A stretch of DNA of 64,000 bases, taken from positions 52,638,001-52,702,000 of the forward strand of contig NW_026262734.1 of NCBI RefSeq assembly GCF_021869535.1. Reading direction: 5' to 3'. The notes under the pieces are model-generated. The model did not search any database and had not been told where the DNA came from. It saw only the letters and a program-made list of their open reading frames with translations. Source of the stretch: Mytilus californianus. Taxonomy: Eukaryota. Below are positions 35,131 through 48,400 of this stretch, piece after piece; positions within the stretch are counted from its first letter, which is position 1, and each line of letters begins with the position of its first letter. A program made the position numbers and the translations under genes.

Positions 35131-38068
35131 ATCCGAGAAATGGTTTACTCCTGGTTTGCCTACATTTAATTATACCAATTATCTATTAGTAAAGAAAACA
35201 AAAAAGACAAAAGGTTTAATGAACATACAATTGTATAGTCTTTTCCAACTTAATAGGTTTATAGTTTATCTTTGTTTTCTTTATATTCAGGTATTTTTCA
35301 TTTTGTAGTTTATATTTCTAAAGATAAATGATAAATAAATCGAACATTTTTTTCTCAATATTTCAATATCAATTCAAGCGGTTCATTTGAAATACAACTA
35401 ATAACAAAACAATTATGATATAAATACACCAATATATTATAAAATTGTCTTTAATTGCAGACATAATTTATATTATTTATGAATCAAATTTATATTTGCA
35501 TTGCATAAGGATATAAATTAAGCACTATGGTGAAAATCAAGTAATGAGGGTCACTATATGTGACCAAACATGAAATTTTGGGTCCAAATGAGGTCCATGG
35601 TGCAAAATGAGATTTTTTTTTCAATAAGTACCTATTTGAAGGAGACACATTACTGCAAATTTTCAGAGTGATACGGGCTGTAGTTTTATAAGAAATAGCC
35701 TTTTGTTACAAATGTTTTATCTCAATAGTGAAAAATAACAATTTTGTCCTTGTTTCTGGTATTTGTTGAAAATTAAAAAAAAACACAGAATACAACAGCT
35801 GTGTTTGTTATTACATCTGTCAAATTGAAATAAAACCGCAAGTTTATTGTTTTCTGTTTGGTATTGAATTAATAATAAAGATCGTTTTTGTTACATCTTG
35901 CGATCCGTTTATTTGGCAATCGCCAATGGCAGTCAGCAGGGTTCGAGAACATCCGTTGTTCGACCTGTTAGTCAAATGCGTTTTGTTAAAATATACTTTT
36001 TAACTTTTTTGGTCTTTTGGAAAATGTTGTTTGTGCTGTATTTAGACCCCTCTACCAAGAAATTTGTTTTGCATGCACACGTATAAAAATTGCGGTTTTT
36101 ATCCAACACAATCATAGGTTTGAACATTGTTTTCAATTTAGACTTATTTATATATATATATATATATATATATCTAGGTTAAACAATCAACAAAAAGAAA
36201 TGATACCCTGTCAACATATCTCTTTAAAAAATACTGAAGTAAAGGATTGGATATAATTATATATATATAACAGTCCTCATAATTTATTGTTAAGGCAATG
36301 CTGGGCATGTACTTTTCCTATTTTTTGATTTACAATGTCCAGCTAATTTACAGTGTCCACATTTTCTTTTTTGTCATTTTCTATTGCTGATTTAGCAAGT
36401 TCAGTTATGGCACTCTTGCTATGGGCAAGCTTCTTTATTTATGCAGCATGGTGCTACTTCTGTGTGTGAAATTATTAACAGCTTGGATGTAAATTTCAGA
36501 ACAAACTATTTATTAAAATAAAAAAAAATAAATACAGTGAGTAAATAAAAAGAATTTTAAATGACACTTATTTATTCCCAAGTTTCATTTATTTACTTTT
36601 TACATATTTTGTTTCGGAACTTACCAACAGTTTAAAAACAAATGTCAATAATTTGTCAAACTAATAAACATTTTTTGTATTTTTGTTTTAATATTTGTCA
36701 AATTCAATACAAATTTCTGGTAAATTGATAAAATATCTTTGCAACTTTTCCTTGATTTAATAGTAAAATTAAGTATCTTTTATAAAAGTTTACAGGTAAA
36801 ATAAAGATTAAAATATGACTTTAATTCAGAAATAAATTATAATTGTTAAAACAACAAAACACCTTATGTTTTTATAAACCTGCAATTAAATGTGGGCAAA
36901 CCAGGATGACACCTCGAGGAATAGACCAAAAAATTAACTTTGCCGGACCACTGAACCATGAAAATGAGGTCACGTCAGATGACACCTGCCAGTTGGACAT
37001 GTGCACCTTAAAATCATTCCATACAACCAAATATAGAAGACGTATTGCATATAGTATCTGAGATGTCGACTTAACAACGAAAACTTAACCTTGTTCAATA
37101 ATCCATGAAATGAGGTCAAGGTCAAGTGAAAACTGTTTAACAGGCTAACATAAAGACCTTGATAGGTATGCACATACCAAATATAGTTATCCTATTTCTT
37201 ATAATAAGAGAAAAATTAACATAACAAAATGACAAGCTTTCTTCAAGTTTTCTGAAACCAGGATATTCACATCTGCCATCCAGGAAATGGCCAGAGCAAA
37301 TCAGATAGGCCACAGTCGATGCAAACCGTAAATTGCAATTACCATATCATTGAGAATTTATAAATAAATTTAACATCTCCGTTAAATAAATTGAACAAAC
37401 CATGATTGGCCTAGTTATTTAACAAACTTCATTGAAAAGGTGGCATTACAGTAAGAAATTATGCCATTGTGCACAAGGCTTTCAACAATGAGCAAAGTAT
37501 ATGTCGTACATTAGAAGTCATTCGTGTCCTGTTTAAATTTATTTAATCATAGACAGGGTGATTGCTCAATTCCCCTCCACAATGTTTTGATAGACTTAGA
37601 TATGGTGATTCATATTACGCCAAATTTTTTTTTTTTTGAAGGGATTATAAAAACTAAACCATATCAATTGGAAAACTTGATCGAAGTGACCATATAAATA
37701 GTGAACATTAAATTTATTTATTTCACAGACATTTCTTTTGATCAATTATTGAGATTTTTTCATGTTAACCTCAACATGTATCTTGAGATTTTATTTTAAT
37801 GTTAGCTGCTTTAATCCATTTCTATCTTGTGGATACATTTGTAATTGTCTCAGTGGCAACTATATCAAATGTCTTTTGTTTTTTTTTCTTTACATCAATC
37901 AAGTTGCTCATGAAAGGAACTTTGGTGAAGTTTTGTTGCTTACTTTGAAAGACACAAAAGTTAACAAAGCTCATGTTGAAAGTATGTATTTGACAAGACA
38001 AGGCAAGACAAGACAAGATAAGACAAACGACCAGACAGACGACCAGACAGACAGACAGATATTTGAAT

Positions 38069-38188
38069 TATGCGCACAATATATTATGTTGTGTGCACAA
38101 TATATATAAATTGTGCGCACAATATATTATGTTATGCGCTCAATATATTATCTTTTGCGCACAATATATTATTTTGTGCGGACAATAC
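38069..38188. repeat. 21-bp period minisatellite with palindromic TGCGCA core, preceded by a GACAA/GACA microsatellite
   Basis: Cores at 38071, 38092, 38114, 38135, 38156 and 38177 (unit about TTGTGCGCACAATATATTATG). Microsatellite at about 37993-38060. Confidence 0.9.
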
Positions 38189-38357
38189 TATCATGTGCAT
38201 AACAGTGTAGCCGAGACCATTGATTGGCGCGCTAAAATATCCCATTGACTGGGTCAGATTAGGTGAACGTTCGTCTGTAACGCCCAAAACTCACGACGTA
38301 TTTATTATAGACATTCAAACTGTGAGGTCACCAAAGGGTCTCAACGCCTAAATAAAA

Positions 38358-39390
38358 TTAGAATATAGCAAAGTACTCTCGACCAATGAAATTGTAGAAT
38401 TGGATGCCTCTTAATTGTGAAGAATGAATGTAAATCATGTTCTTAGAAAGGGATTAGCCTATTATTTGGGTCTATTTACAGTTCAAAACAAAGAGTTTCT
38501 ATAAATGAGTTACAACTGCCCCGAAGCACATTTATCAGATTGAAAGGTTTTATCACAAAGTGATTGAAACTGACTAAAAGTGGAATTGTGAAACAAACAA
38601 AAATCTCAAAATAAGTTGAAGTTTACTGGTGCAGTAAAATTGGTTCCCTGATTTTTATTATGAAAATATTAATAACTTCAAATTACTATAAAATTAAACA
38701 TTACCAAAGCAATGCAAAAAAAAAAGAAAAAAAAATCTTTCAGATAAAAAAATAACCTAAATCTTTAGCTTTCCAAAACTTTGATTAATTGATCAGAGAT
38801 TGGGGAGAATAGTTATTTCCAATACAATTATTCCGATAAAAAACAGGAATTAAACTTTAAACATATTGAAAACTTTTAAGGGCATTATTTTTGAGCATTT
38901 CCCTGACATAATGAAACAGTATTTGATGTAAAAAGCCGGACCAAATTATTGGCTGTTAAATAAAATTTAGTTGTAACTCTAATGTATTAATTGATTTAAA
39001 CTGTAAATAAAACAGGATAATTCCTCACTAAAATATTACATGATTTACATTCATACTCACAATCAGGAAACATACAATTCATACCTTTTCTTTCTACTGT
39101 GTGTCACCTAATATCTATAACGCATTTTTTTTTTTAATATTTCCCAAATGATAAGAAAGTCCTCACATCACTAAAACTTATCCATAAATGACATGCCGAA
39201 AAAGGAAGTCATGCATCAATTATAAACATTGCACTGACAATGAAACTAATTCTTGAATAGATCATTTGAGCCTTGAGCACTTTACAATATTCTAAGTTTG
39301 TAAGAGAATGATAATCCCTTACTTCATGATAAGTACTCGCTAACGCTCATACTTATTCATGAAGAAAGGGATTATCATTCTCTTACATAT
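38358..39390 (+). mobile_element. About 1-kb interspersed element, copy B
   Basis: 38358-38695 is a close reverse complement of 1-335. The whole is colinear with 342-1400 and has the same terminal hairpin (39300-39386). Confidence 0.85.
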
Positions 39391-40574
39391 ACTAATTCGA
39401 AAAACTAATCAGGAATAACCTTTGTGTTTTGATTTATATTGAATACTTACACTGAACTGCGGCCAAGCTTAGTGAAAGGTCGTGCAACATAATCAGTCAA
39501 ACAAACTTTATTAGATTAACTCGTTAAGGAACGATCGTTTTCATTGGTCAATTCAAACCTTCGACCTCACACCTGCGAAAATAGAACACGCGTACTAAAA
39601 AGCTGAATGGACTGATCAGTATTCACGTAGCCGGTCAAGGTCGTTAAAAACTTCCATTCCGTATTCCCGAACATGATTGTGTTCTTGATTATCCCATGGC
39701 AATTCTAGCTTTTATACATGTGCATGTAAAATTTTAAACTTTAATCTTAACAGTCACGTCGAAATATTTAATTCAACTGTCTCCTCTCAATTGGTCCTGG
39801 ATTAAGGGAGCTACCATTTTATTTTGATTGGGGGTGAAGGACTTGGATGAAACATTTTGTCCTGCATTTATTTTAGTTGTTATCTCTGTCCTGTCTTTCT
39901 ATTTTTCAGTCCGTTAGGTCCTGACTATATTTATTCGTTTATCCTGATTTTTTACATAAATCGTCATCCTGCCTTTTTTTTGTCAAGTTGCTCACCCTGC
40001 CTTATCTTTTATTCAATGGACTTGATGAATTAACGTTGTACTTGAAATGAAACCGTACTTAACTACAAAAATAACCAAATAACTTACTAAAGATATTGCT
40101 CGATTTTTATAGTAAATGGGTTTGTGTTATAAACTGTCATGTTCATTATTCATATTCTTTCATAAGTTTGAGGATAGTGTGATTTTTTTTCTGATTTAGT
40201 TTACTTGATTTTGAAAAAAAAATCCCGAAATTCTAAGTAAATTCAGAACATGTAACCAGCCATGCTTTGTTTAGAGAAAAAATGGAGATGGCAAACCATG
40301 GCACAGTGGAAGGAAATGTACTTTATAAACTCCAGCGATATACTTTCTTAATTTATAAGTAACTGTTTTGCTATCCTCGGTTGAAAATTATATATTGTAA
40401 ATATTTAAATAGTTGCATAGAAAACAATCAGTTTTAAACAGTGTGGTTATTCACTAAATGTATTAATAAAAGGTGACTCCATTTTTGTACATACTTTTAC
40501 AGTAGTCATCCTTAATTTCTTAATATTTCGTTTATAAGTTTATCATACATGTATGATTTTGTATTTCATTTTAA

Positions 40575-40848
40575 GGTGGTACCCAACACCTTGACTAATA
40601 TTAATTTGGCTCGTTTAATTTTCATAAAATTTTGACAAAATGTTTACTTTGACCCTTTGACAAAAATATAAAAATTTCAAAAAATTTGAACCAACCACTT
40701 TATCAGAAAAATTTCTTTGGTTATATAGCAATTTGACAAACACTAATTTTGATCATTGAGAAGCTTAATATTTCCTTAACAATACAACGTAATTATAACG
40801 TTTAGCTGATTTTTACAGAGTTATCTCCCTGTAGTGTTAGGTACCACC
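40575..40848. mobile_element. Kolobok-type MITE (TTAA TSD, GG termini)
   Basis: TTAA|GGTGGTACCCAACAC...GTGTTAGGTACCACC|TTAA: 15-bp TIR with one mismatch, 274 bp long. Confidence 0.85.
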
Positions 40849-43240
40849 TTAATACGCACGCATGCCACACGTTACTTTGGCGGATAGTTCAACAATGTTA
40901 TGCAAAGCTCTATTCTTACGGTATGAAATTAAAGAATAAATTTTCAACCAATTAAAATCGAAAACAGTACATTTATATAGTTCCTTATAAACTACGACAT
41001 TTCTCACAAGTATTTATTTATTTTTTAGTTCCACACATGCAAAAATAAAATCTTCGCCGATGAAACATTTCAAACCTTTTTACACCAACATGCCTTCACT
41101 GAATTCATTTGAATTTCGTGGTGACCATGATAGTACATTGCATAGTACATCTATATTCACGTGCACACATGGTACGATCTTTCGGGGACAATTTGCTCGT
41201 TTATGACACGTCATTTCTGAATGACCAAACGCTTAGCTACTTTATTTTCGTTTTATAGCATGAAAACAATAAAAGAGGAATGTGCAACCCATCATAAATT
41301 TTACATGGATCAGTATTATGAGATCCTTATTATAAGTAACTACGACATTGTCAGGATAATAACCTAGCGTCAATATGAAAGAAATTAAAGTGGTTCATAC
41401 ATTCATCCGTATAAAAGCGGCACATGTATTTTATTTTATCCTTATATTTTTCATAGTGCGGTACAAGTGCTGCATGCATAAATAATATTACTTAACACAA
41501 ATTATTAGTATAATATTTCGACCCCACTATTTGAAATTCACAAAATACTTATTTAATTATTTCGACCAAAAATCATTGTTTTTTACGTTCGTAGTAACGT
41601 AGTACATTCCATTGTCGGTCACCTGTGTCAATTCACGTGCACACAACAATTGTTGTTGTATTTAAATCTTTCAGCCAATGAAATGAGACGTTACAAGTTG
41701 TTTGTTTGTGATACGCCAGAATGTTATCAATGAATTATCAATCGCTAAACTTGACTGCATTTCAGTGTAAACGTTCTTTACTTGTGTTTTCGTTATGTTT
41801 TGATAATCAATTTTTATGATATCGCACGTTCTTTCAGCAAAAAAAAAAGGATTTAACTGGCTTTAAAAGTTACAATGCATGTGTTGATTATTATCTTTTT
41901 TTTTCGGACGTCAAAGCGATTTAACAATTGCGGTTGCATGTCCAATTATGTCATCTTTTAACTTTTTTTCTGGTCAAAATTTTATTTTAGAACGAATGCA
42001 TGATCAACTTTAAAAAGTGTGCGTACACAAAACATATAGACAAAATATACTTCTGTCCTGTCTTTTTCGTACTTGCAAGTTATTAGGCAATAAAAAGGCT
42101 ATTTGGATCAAGCCTTGTGGAATTTGTATGTGTGAATAGGTAAAATGTATAGTTTGGTGAACTTTTCTGCTAAATACTATACTTGTGAAAAACCCTTGGC
42201 AACAGAAACATTTTCAGCTTTTTTTTTAATCGACCCAATTTACATAGTAATGGACGACTTCGTACATTTCGTATATATACTGAAACCCTTTGGCAACCCC
42301 ACAGTTTAAATGTTTATAATAAATACGTCGTGAGTTGTGGGCGTTACAGACGAACGTTCACCTAATCTGACCCAGTCAATGGGATATTTTAGCGCGCCAA
42401 TCAATGGTCTCGCCTACACTGTTTTGCACATGATTCTATATATTTTTTTCTTTACATGTTCCTAGCGGGATTCCGTACTATATATATCTATTTTTCATTT
42501 CATTTAAAAAGATAATATGATGATGACTCAAAGAGATTTCCCATTATTTAACCTGCAAGGGACACAACTCTTTGCATAATCAAAATTGTAAATAAATTAA
42601 AGCTAAAGGAAACATTTAATACACTTTGCAGGTTTTCCTTTTTATATTACATGTATATGTTAACAAATGTATTTGTGGAAGTTCAACAATGAGTAACATT
42701 TTAAAAAATCTTGCTGAATACAACACATCGACAAACTTCATTCAAGACAAAGTTGACCTGTTCTGTCTGTATAAAGGAGTTGTGGTATTACTGCCAACGA
42801 AATTACAGAGACCAAAGGTTGTGTGTGTTGGTTTTTATTCAATCAAATATTTCATAAACATCTTAGTGTCAAATGTACCTGATGAAGGTTCTAGAAACAT
42901 GAAAATCATATCACAGATTTTTTTTATATAATAGGATAATACAACTATATCATTTAAAGACGGATGAGAAGTCGGGTCTGTAATTTGATACTGACATTGC
43001 CTGTCTAAAGGAGATTTGTGGTAAATACAACACAAAGAGATGTGGTATGATTGCTAATTAAACAACTATCCAACAGAGTCCAAATGAAGCATATTTAAGT
43101 ATTTTTAAGCAATTATGTGTCACTGTACGGCCTTCAAAAGTGAAAAATAGTCATATTGGCTATGTGGAATATATGAGTTTGAACTATTTAACTTGACACA
43201 AAGGTTTTATGGATGATTTGGAATACGATTTTTTTAATAG

Positions 43241-43560
43241 TTGGAAACGTGTATTATACGTATTTTTGTTACAAACATGTTTACGCATATTTTTGAAACG
43301 TATATTAAACGAATTTTTGCTACGAACATACGTTTAACGCATTGTTTTGAAACATGCATTTTACATCACATATATTTTACATGCGTAAAACGTATAAATA
43401 ACGCATGTTTAAAACATGTCTTTTACATGCAGGGTAAGAAATATGCATTCCCCATGCGTTTTACATGCGGGGTAAGAAATATGCATTTCCCATGCGTTTT
43501 CAAACGCATGTTTTACCTACGTAAAATGTACGTAAAACATGTGCATGTAGGCATGAAATC
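43241..43560. repeat. ACGCATGT/TACGTA-rich low-complexity repeat with a 38-bp tandem duplication
   Basis: TTTTACATGC.GGGTAAGAAATATGCATT.CCCATGCG at 43421-43458 and 43459-43496. This repeat explains the spurious ORF 43241-43588. Confidence 0.8.
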
Positions 43561-46124
43561 GACCATGAAGAGCCGTTGTGGAGTTTAATTGCGTCGTACC
43601 TTCTATAATGCCATCTAAAACTACATATATTAGAATACCCGTTTGAAAAGTGTTTCGGTTGATATTTTAAAATAGAATCCTTGTTAAAAGACATACCAAT
43701 CTTTTTTTAATAACATTTGTAAATTTGAAAGGGAATAAGTTCGCGTTAAGCGGCTTATCACAATATTATAGTGTATGAAATTGACAGAAATAATATCCAC
43801 TTTGTCCTAAAAAAAATACACTTAATTATCACCTTCCTTATGCTGACGCATCAACAGTGTTTGCGTCATTAAGCGGTCAGCTTTCAAAATTAAAGAATTC
43901 ATCTGCCCAGGGTATCATTGACCAAACGTAAACAAACTATTTCCTACCTTTTTTTTACAGCTGAAACGTATAAACTACCACTGGAAAAAATGTTGCCAGC
44001 ATCTGGTCCAGTAGACGCATATGCTCCATAACATATTTCGGAGAGGGATCTGCATATTTTTGTATGAACAATAAACGTTGTTTCCTCATAAAATATGTGA
44101 GCAAACCCTATATTAAAATAAGATGATGTGGTATGATTGCCAATGAGACAACTCTACAGCATAGACCAAATGACGTAACAGTTACCAACTATAGGTCACC
44201 TATACTTACTTAAGAAATTTAGTTTACTTTTGGTCAAATAGCAGCTCCCATCTTTTTTAACGTATATATATGTATCCCTGCCGTTCAAATGCCGAAACGT
44301 TTTTAACGTAGGCCTAAACCAAAGAAAGCACTGCGGATACAGGAAAGTTTTTAAGTGTTATTAACTTTATACAAATCAAGTCAAAGTAAATTACTAATAA
44401 TTTAACAAAAAAAAGCAACCTCCCTAAAATAAAAACAAAAACAATGAAAAAACTAGTTTGTAAACCCCGATATTATACACAAAATGGGAACAAGAATTAT
44501 CAAGAATACCGGCCAGTATAGCATATCAGACACCAACAAACACGTGACCCTCCACAAAAACTGACACACAAAAAAGACAAACATGCAACAAAGAACAACA
44601 CATTGCTCAAATAGTCGGAGTTATATCAGACAAAACATATGGTTTGCTAAAATCAATTTTACGTGCGCACAAACATCCTACTTTGTTACATCTAAACGTC
44701 TGACATTTTTTGTTACGAAAAACATTACATTTACGGATAAGATGTCGATATCGACTTTTAACATGTTTTATAAAGCTTTAAAACTTATGTGGTATCTGAA
44801 TGCTGATTTCATGCAAAAGTGACGTTAGTGTTAATCCAAAGTCCCGTTGATCTTTATTTCAAGTCAACTTCGTTAGAACATATGCTAGAAAACCGTACGT
44901 CTGAAAGAAAGGCGGAAGAAACCAAAGGGATAGTCAAACTCATAACTCAAAATACCGTGACAGTAACAGAAAAACGACCAAAAGACGAACAGCAGTCGTC
45001 AAAACACAACATAGAAAACGAAAGCCTTGTATTACATTATATTAAATTGTATTCCGCTTCATACTAAAGTTGTACCGTGTTCTCTTTAATTTCTGGAATG
45101 ATATAATGTTCACCATATTTAGATGAATAGTGTAAACATAATTTAGTTTTGTAATTTTTCGAAAAAAAAAAGCAATTAAAAGCTCAAAAGATTTGAAACA
45201 AAACAACATATACAAATATACGACACTGTTTTAATGAAATATGTAAATACAACATTTTCAAAATCGTTTTAAGCAATGATCACATGATGATTTTGTATGT
45301 GCTTTTCTTTGGGTAATGAGAAGCACTTTATTCGAACCTTTTTATTCTTTTTTAAACTTAAAGGTATTAATATATCACATTTAAACCCACGAGTAAATTG
45401 TTTATTTTATCGTCATTTCTTGGATGCCACTGGCAAAAACCTAGACTGGGTTTGAAAAACCCGGAAATGATATAAAAATTGAATTATAATAAAAATGTAT
45501 TTATCATCCACCTACAAGTGCTTGTGAAAAAGCTGTTATACTATATGAATTTCGATTAAATGCTTTAAAAAACATTAAGGTTGTTACTGCTTGACTCTGA
45601 GTGTGTACAGGTCAGTCTAAACACTGTCATTGACTCCTTGGTGCACTAAGCCCTTTGAATTATAACCAAGGACATGTTTTATCAGCACCAAATTTGTGTG
45701 TTTAATAAAACATCAATTATATATTTGAAAGTGCAAGTTTCAGAATTGCAGAAAAAGCAATTTCAAAAGTAAGCCAAAAAATAAGGTGAATAAATAAAAC
45801 AAAAATCATTCATTATGACATTTGTTTTATTTTAAAGTTTTAATATTTTTCTTATTAAATTTTTCTAGAATTTAAGCAACAATTTAAACATTCATTTTGT
45901 TTTTATTTTGGCAAAATGCTAAACATTTTTCCTTTATATGTTTTGGTTCGCCTCTGTTGACAAGGTTTTCTCGGGGAAACAATCTGATCTATCACCCTCT
46001 CAGCTATGTGCTGTTTATATATTATTTAACTGTGAGACAACATTTTAAATATAAATTAAAGTTAATCTTATCTTATCTTATCTTATCTTATGAAAACACA
46101 AGACGTAGTTAACGGGACCATATG

Positions 46125-48400
46125 TAAAATAAACATTGCAATAAAAATGTGTACGATATAAATAGAAAGAATAAAACGTAAAACAGGTAAATTACGTGTT
46201 ATCTACCTTGTCTACAGTATACTGTCCATAAAACATAACATAGAATAAGCGAAAGCCGGATGGAAATCTACGTACTTTAGGAATTGTACCATTTTTACAA
46301 ATAGTTTTATCCGATTCAAGCTTACCATCGAAATCTTACCAGAACAGAATCCGAAGCACTTGCTACTGTCATACTGTTCAGTTGCCTATATGTTTGTTTT
46401 AATTCTTTACTTAAATTAGATTTAACATTTTAATATCAAGAAATAAGGACAAGGAAAGGTAGCACGTGCCTTTTAACCTAATTATGTCATGTCTATTTTG
46501 TTTGATGAATTAACTGTTACTGTCAATTCAGAAATTATTGCGTGAATTTTTTTTGCGATTTTTTGACGGATGAATTTACAGTAAAATTAATTGTATGATG
46601 CTATAGACTTAGACGCAAAAAGCATTTGGCATTAAGGTATTTGTCTTTGCACTTGTTAAGCATGTTTCAAATATATTATAACTAAGGCAACTGCATTTCA
46701 ACGTTTTTTATCGCCATTTGTCAGACCATTGTTTCTTAAAAAGGGTCAAAAGTCACCTTCAATTACGAAGTAATTTTTTATTGATTATTTTTTTCACCAA
46801 GAATATTCTTGAGCTGTGTTTGAAACCTTTTGAAAGACCTAAACTGTATTTTATTTCCTGGTTGTTCGACTTCATGCGGTGAGTTGCAACTTGCGTAAGT
46901 ATTTATTTCAATTTCGTTTCCCAATTCCGATTTAAATGTTTCATTGAAAAAGAAAAACAATTGTACTATTAGAAATATTTTGGATATGAATTATAAATAT
47001 GTAGCCCAAAGACTGTGAGTGATAATACCCTTCATACATTGTCATGCTTTTTGTGTAGTACATAAACATGACAAAGTGTAAGGTGAGCTCGGAAAACATT
47101 AGTTCCAGAAAACATCAAAATAAAAAAAAATGTACAAACAGAGAATTGTTTACTTTAAAAAAAGAAATCATAATATAAGATATAAAAAGATAGCCCACAT
47201 TATGTTCGTTGACCCTTTCTGAGTCTTGATAATCATAAGTAATTGTTCTCAGTTATTTTTCCAAAAAAAGTTTGAGTAAAATGAAGTTAAATATTTTCAC
47301 AACCTTACAAAATCAAGTTGATTTCGATCATAATGTTTATTAAAATTGAGAATGGAAATGGGGTATATGTCAAAGAGACAACAACCCGACCAAAGAGCAG
47401 ACAACAGCCGAAGGCCACCAATGAGTCTTCAACGCAGCGAGAAAATCCCGCAACCGGAGGTGGTCCTCAGCTGGCCCCTAAATAAAATTGTGTACTAGTT
47501 CAGTGAAAATGGACGTCACACTAAACTCCAAAACATATAAATGAACTAAAATTTAAAAAAAGAATACAAGCCTAACAAAGACCAGAGGCTCCTGACTTGG
47601 GACAGGCGCAAATATGCGGCGGGGTTAAACATGTTTTGTGATATCTCAACCCTTCCTATACCTCTAGCAATGTAGGATAAAGAAACACATAGCAATACGC
47701 TATAGTCTGCCTGTATCTAGTCAGACATAAGGCAGTTCCTATCTTCAATCTGTTTCTGCGTATGTTGGCTTTTTGCTTTTGTTGTCGTTCAGTGTGTCAG
47801 TTGTTCTGTTGTTTTCCTCTCAAAATTGATGTGTTTCCATCGGTTTCAGTTTGTTACCCGGATTTGTTTTTGCTCAATCGAATTATGACTATTGAACAGC
47901 GGTATACTACTGTTGCCTTTATTTGTTAAGACCACCATAACTGTTAAAAACTTAGTGAACAATTAGATAAAATGTAACCAAATATTTGTTTAGTTTGATT
48001 GTTTGGAGACCGTCAATCAAAATTATACTAACTTCACATTGGTTAAAATGAAAAACAAAATCAGGTTCAAATGGGATGGGTTTAAACAGGTTTCAATGTT
48101 TTATTATGGATCACTTCACCAAAGATGAATCTGTCAACCCCTTATAAGTTTTACTTTTAAATAACAAGAAATTCTCAAAAATAAACAACAAAAAGGTAGT
48201 GTTTTCTTATCTACGTTATGGTATGTTGTTGCTTGTCTTTTTTGTTTCTTTCTCTTTTGCATTGTCTTTTGCATTGGTTTGTTGTCTTGCTTTGTGTTGA
48301 AATGTTGCTATTTTCCAACCTTCAAGGTCATCCAATGAGCTATTGAAGTAAAGGTTTCCTGCTTGACCTCAGAAAGCAAAAAAGATACATGGTTATAAAA
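46125..48400 (+). repeat. Non-coding block upstream of the HEPN-STAND gene, paralogous to about 60766-63900
   Basis: Colinear blocks include AAAACATAACATAGA, TTTTTACAAATAGTTTTAT.CGATT, AAACTGTATTTTATTTCCTGGTTGTTCGAC, TTGTCATGCTT.TTGTGTA.TAC, TTTCACATTGGTTA and GTTGCTTGT.T. The copies carry different insertions. Confidence 0.8.
46379..46693. mobile_element. Small TIR insertion (CAGTTGCCT...AGGCAACTG)
   Basis: 9-bp inverted ends. The segment is absent from the paralogous block near 62550. Confidence 0.55.

Larger units (their letters stand above)
33810..36150 (+). repeat. Locally triplicated 140-310 bp segment
   Basis: TTTCTGTTTGGTA...TTTGGCAATCGCCAATG...GTTGTTCGACCTG.TAGTCAAA occurs at about 33810-34120, 34345-34482 (short) and 35838-36150. 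Confidence 0.85.
38190..42434. mobile_element. About 4.2-kb non-coding element bounded by inverted repeats of about 155 bp
   Basis: 38190-38344 (ATCATGTGCATAACAGTGTAGCCGAGACCATTGATTGGCGCGC...) is the near-perfect reverse complement of 42281-42434. No ORF inside. It contains copy B of the 1-kb element and two MITEs. Confidence 0.8.

Noticed and set aside
42875-42905. Hammerhead-like CCTGATGAAGG...GAAAC (also near 21235 and 53845)
   Set aside because: Core fragments are present but stems II/III do not pair. Treated as decayed PLE/retrozyme remnants.
46906-46920. ISRE-like GAAACGAAATTGAAA on the minus strand upstream of the HEPN-STAND gene
   Set aside because: Not conserved in the paralogous block near 62755, and expected by chance in DNA this AT-rich.
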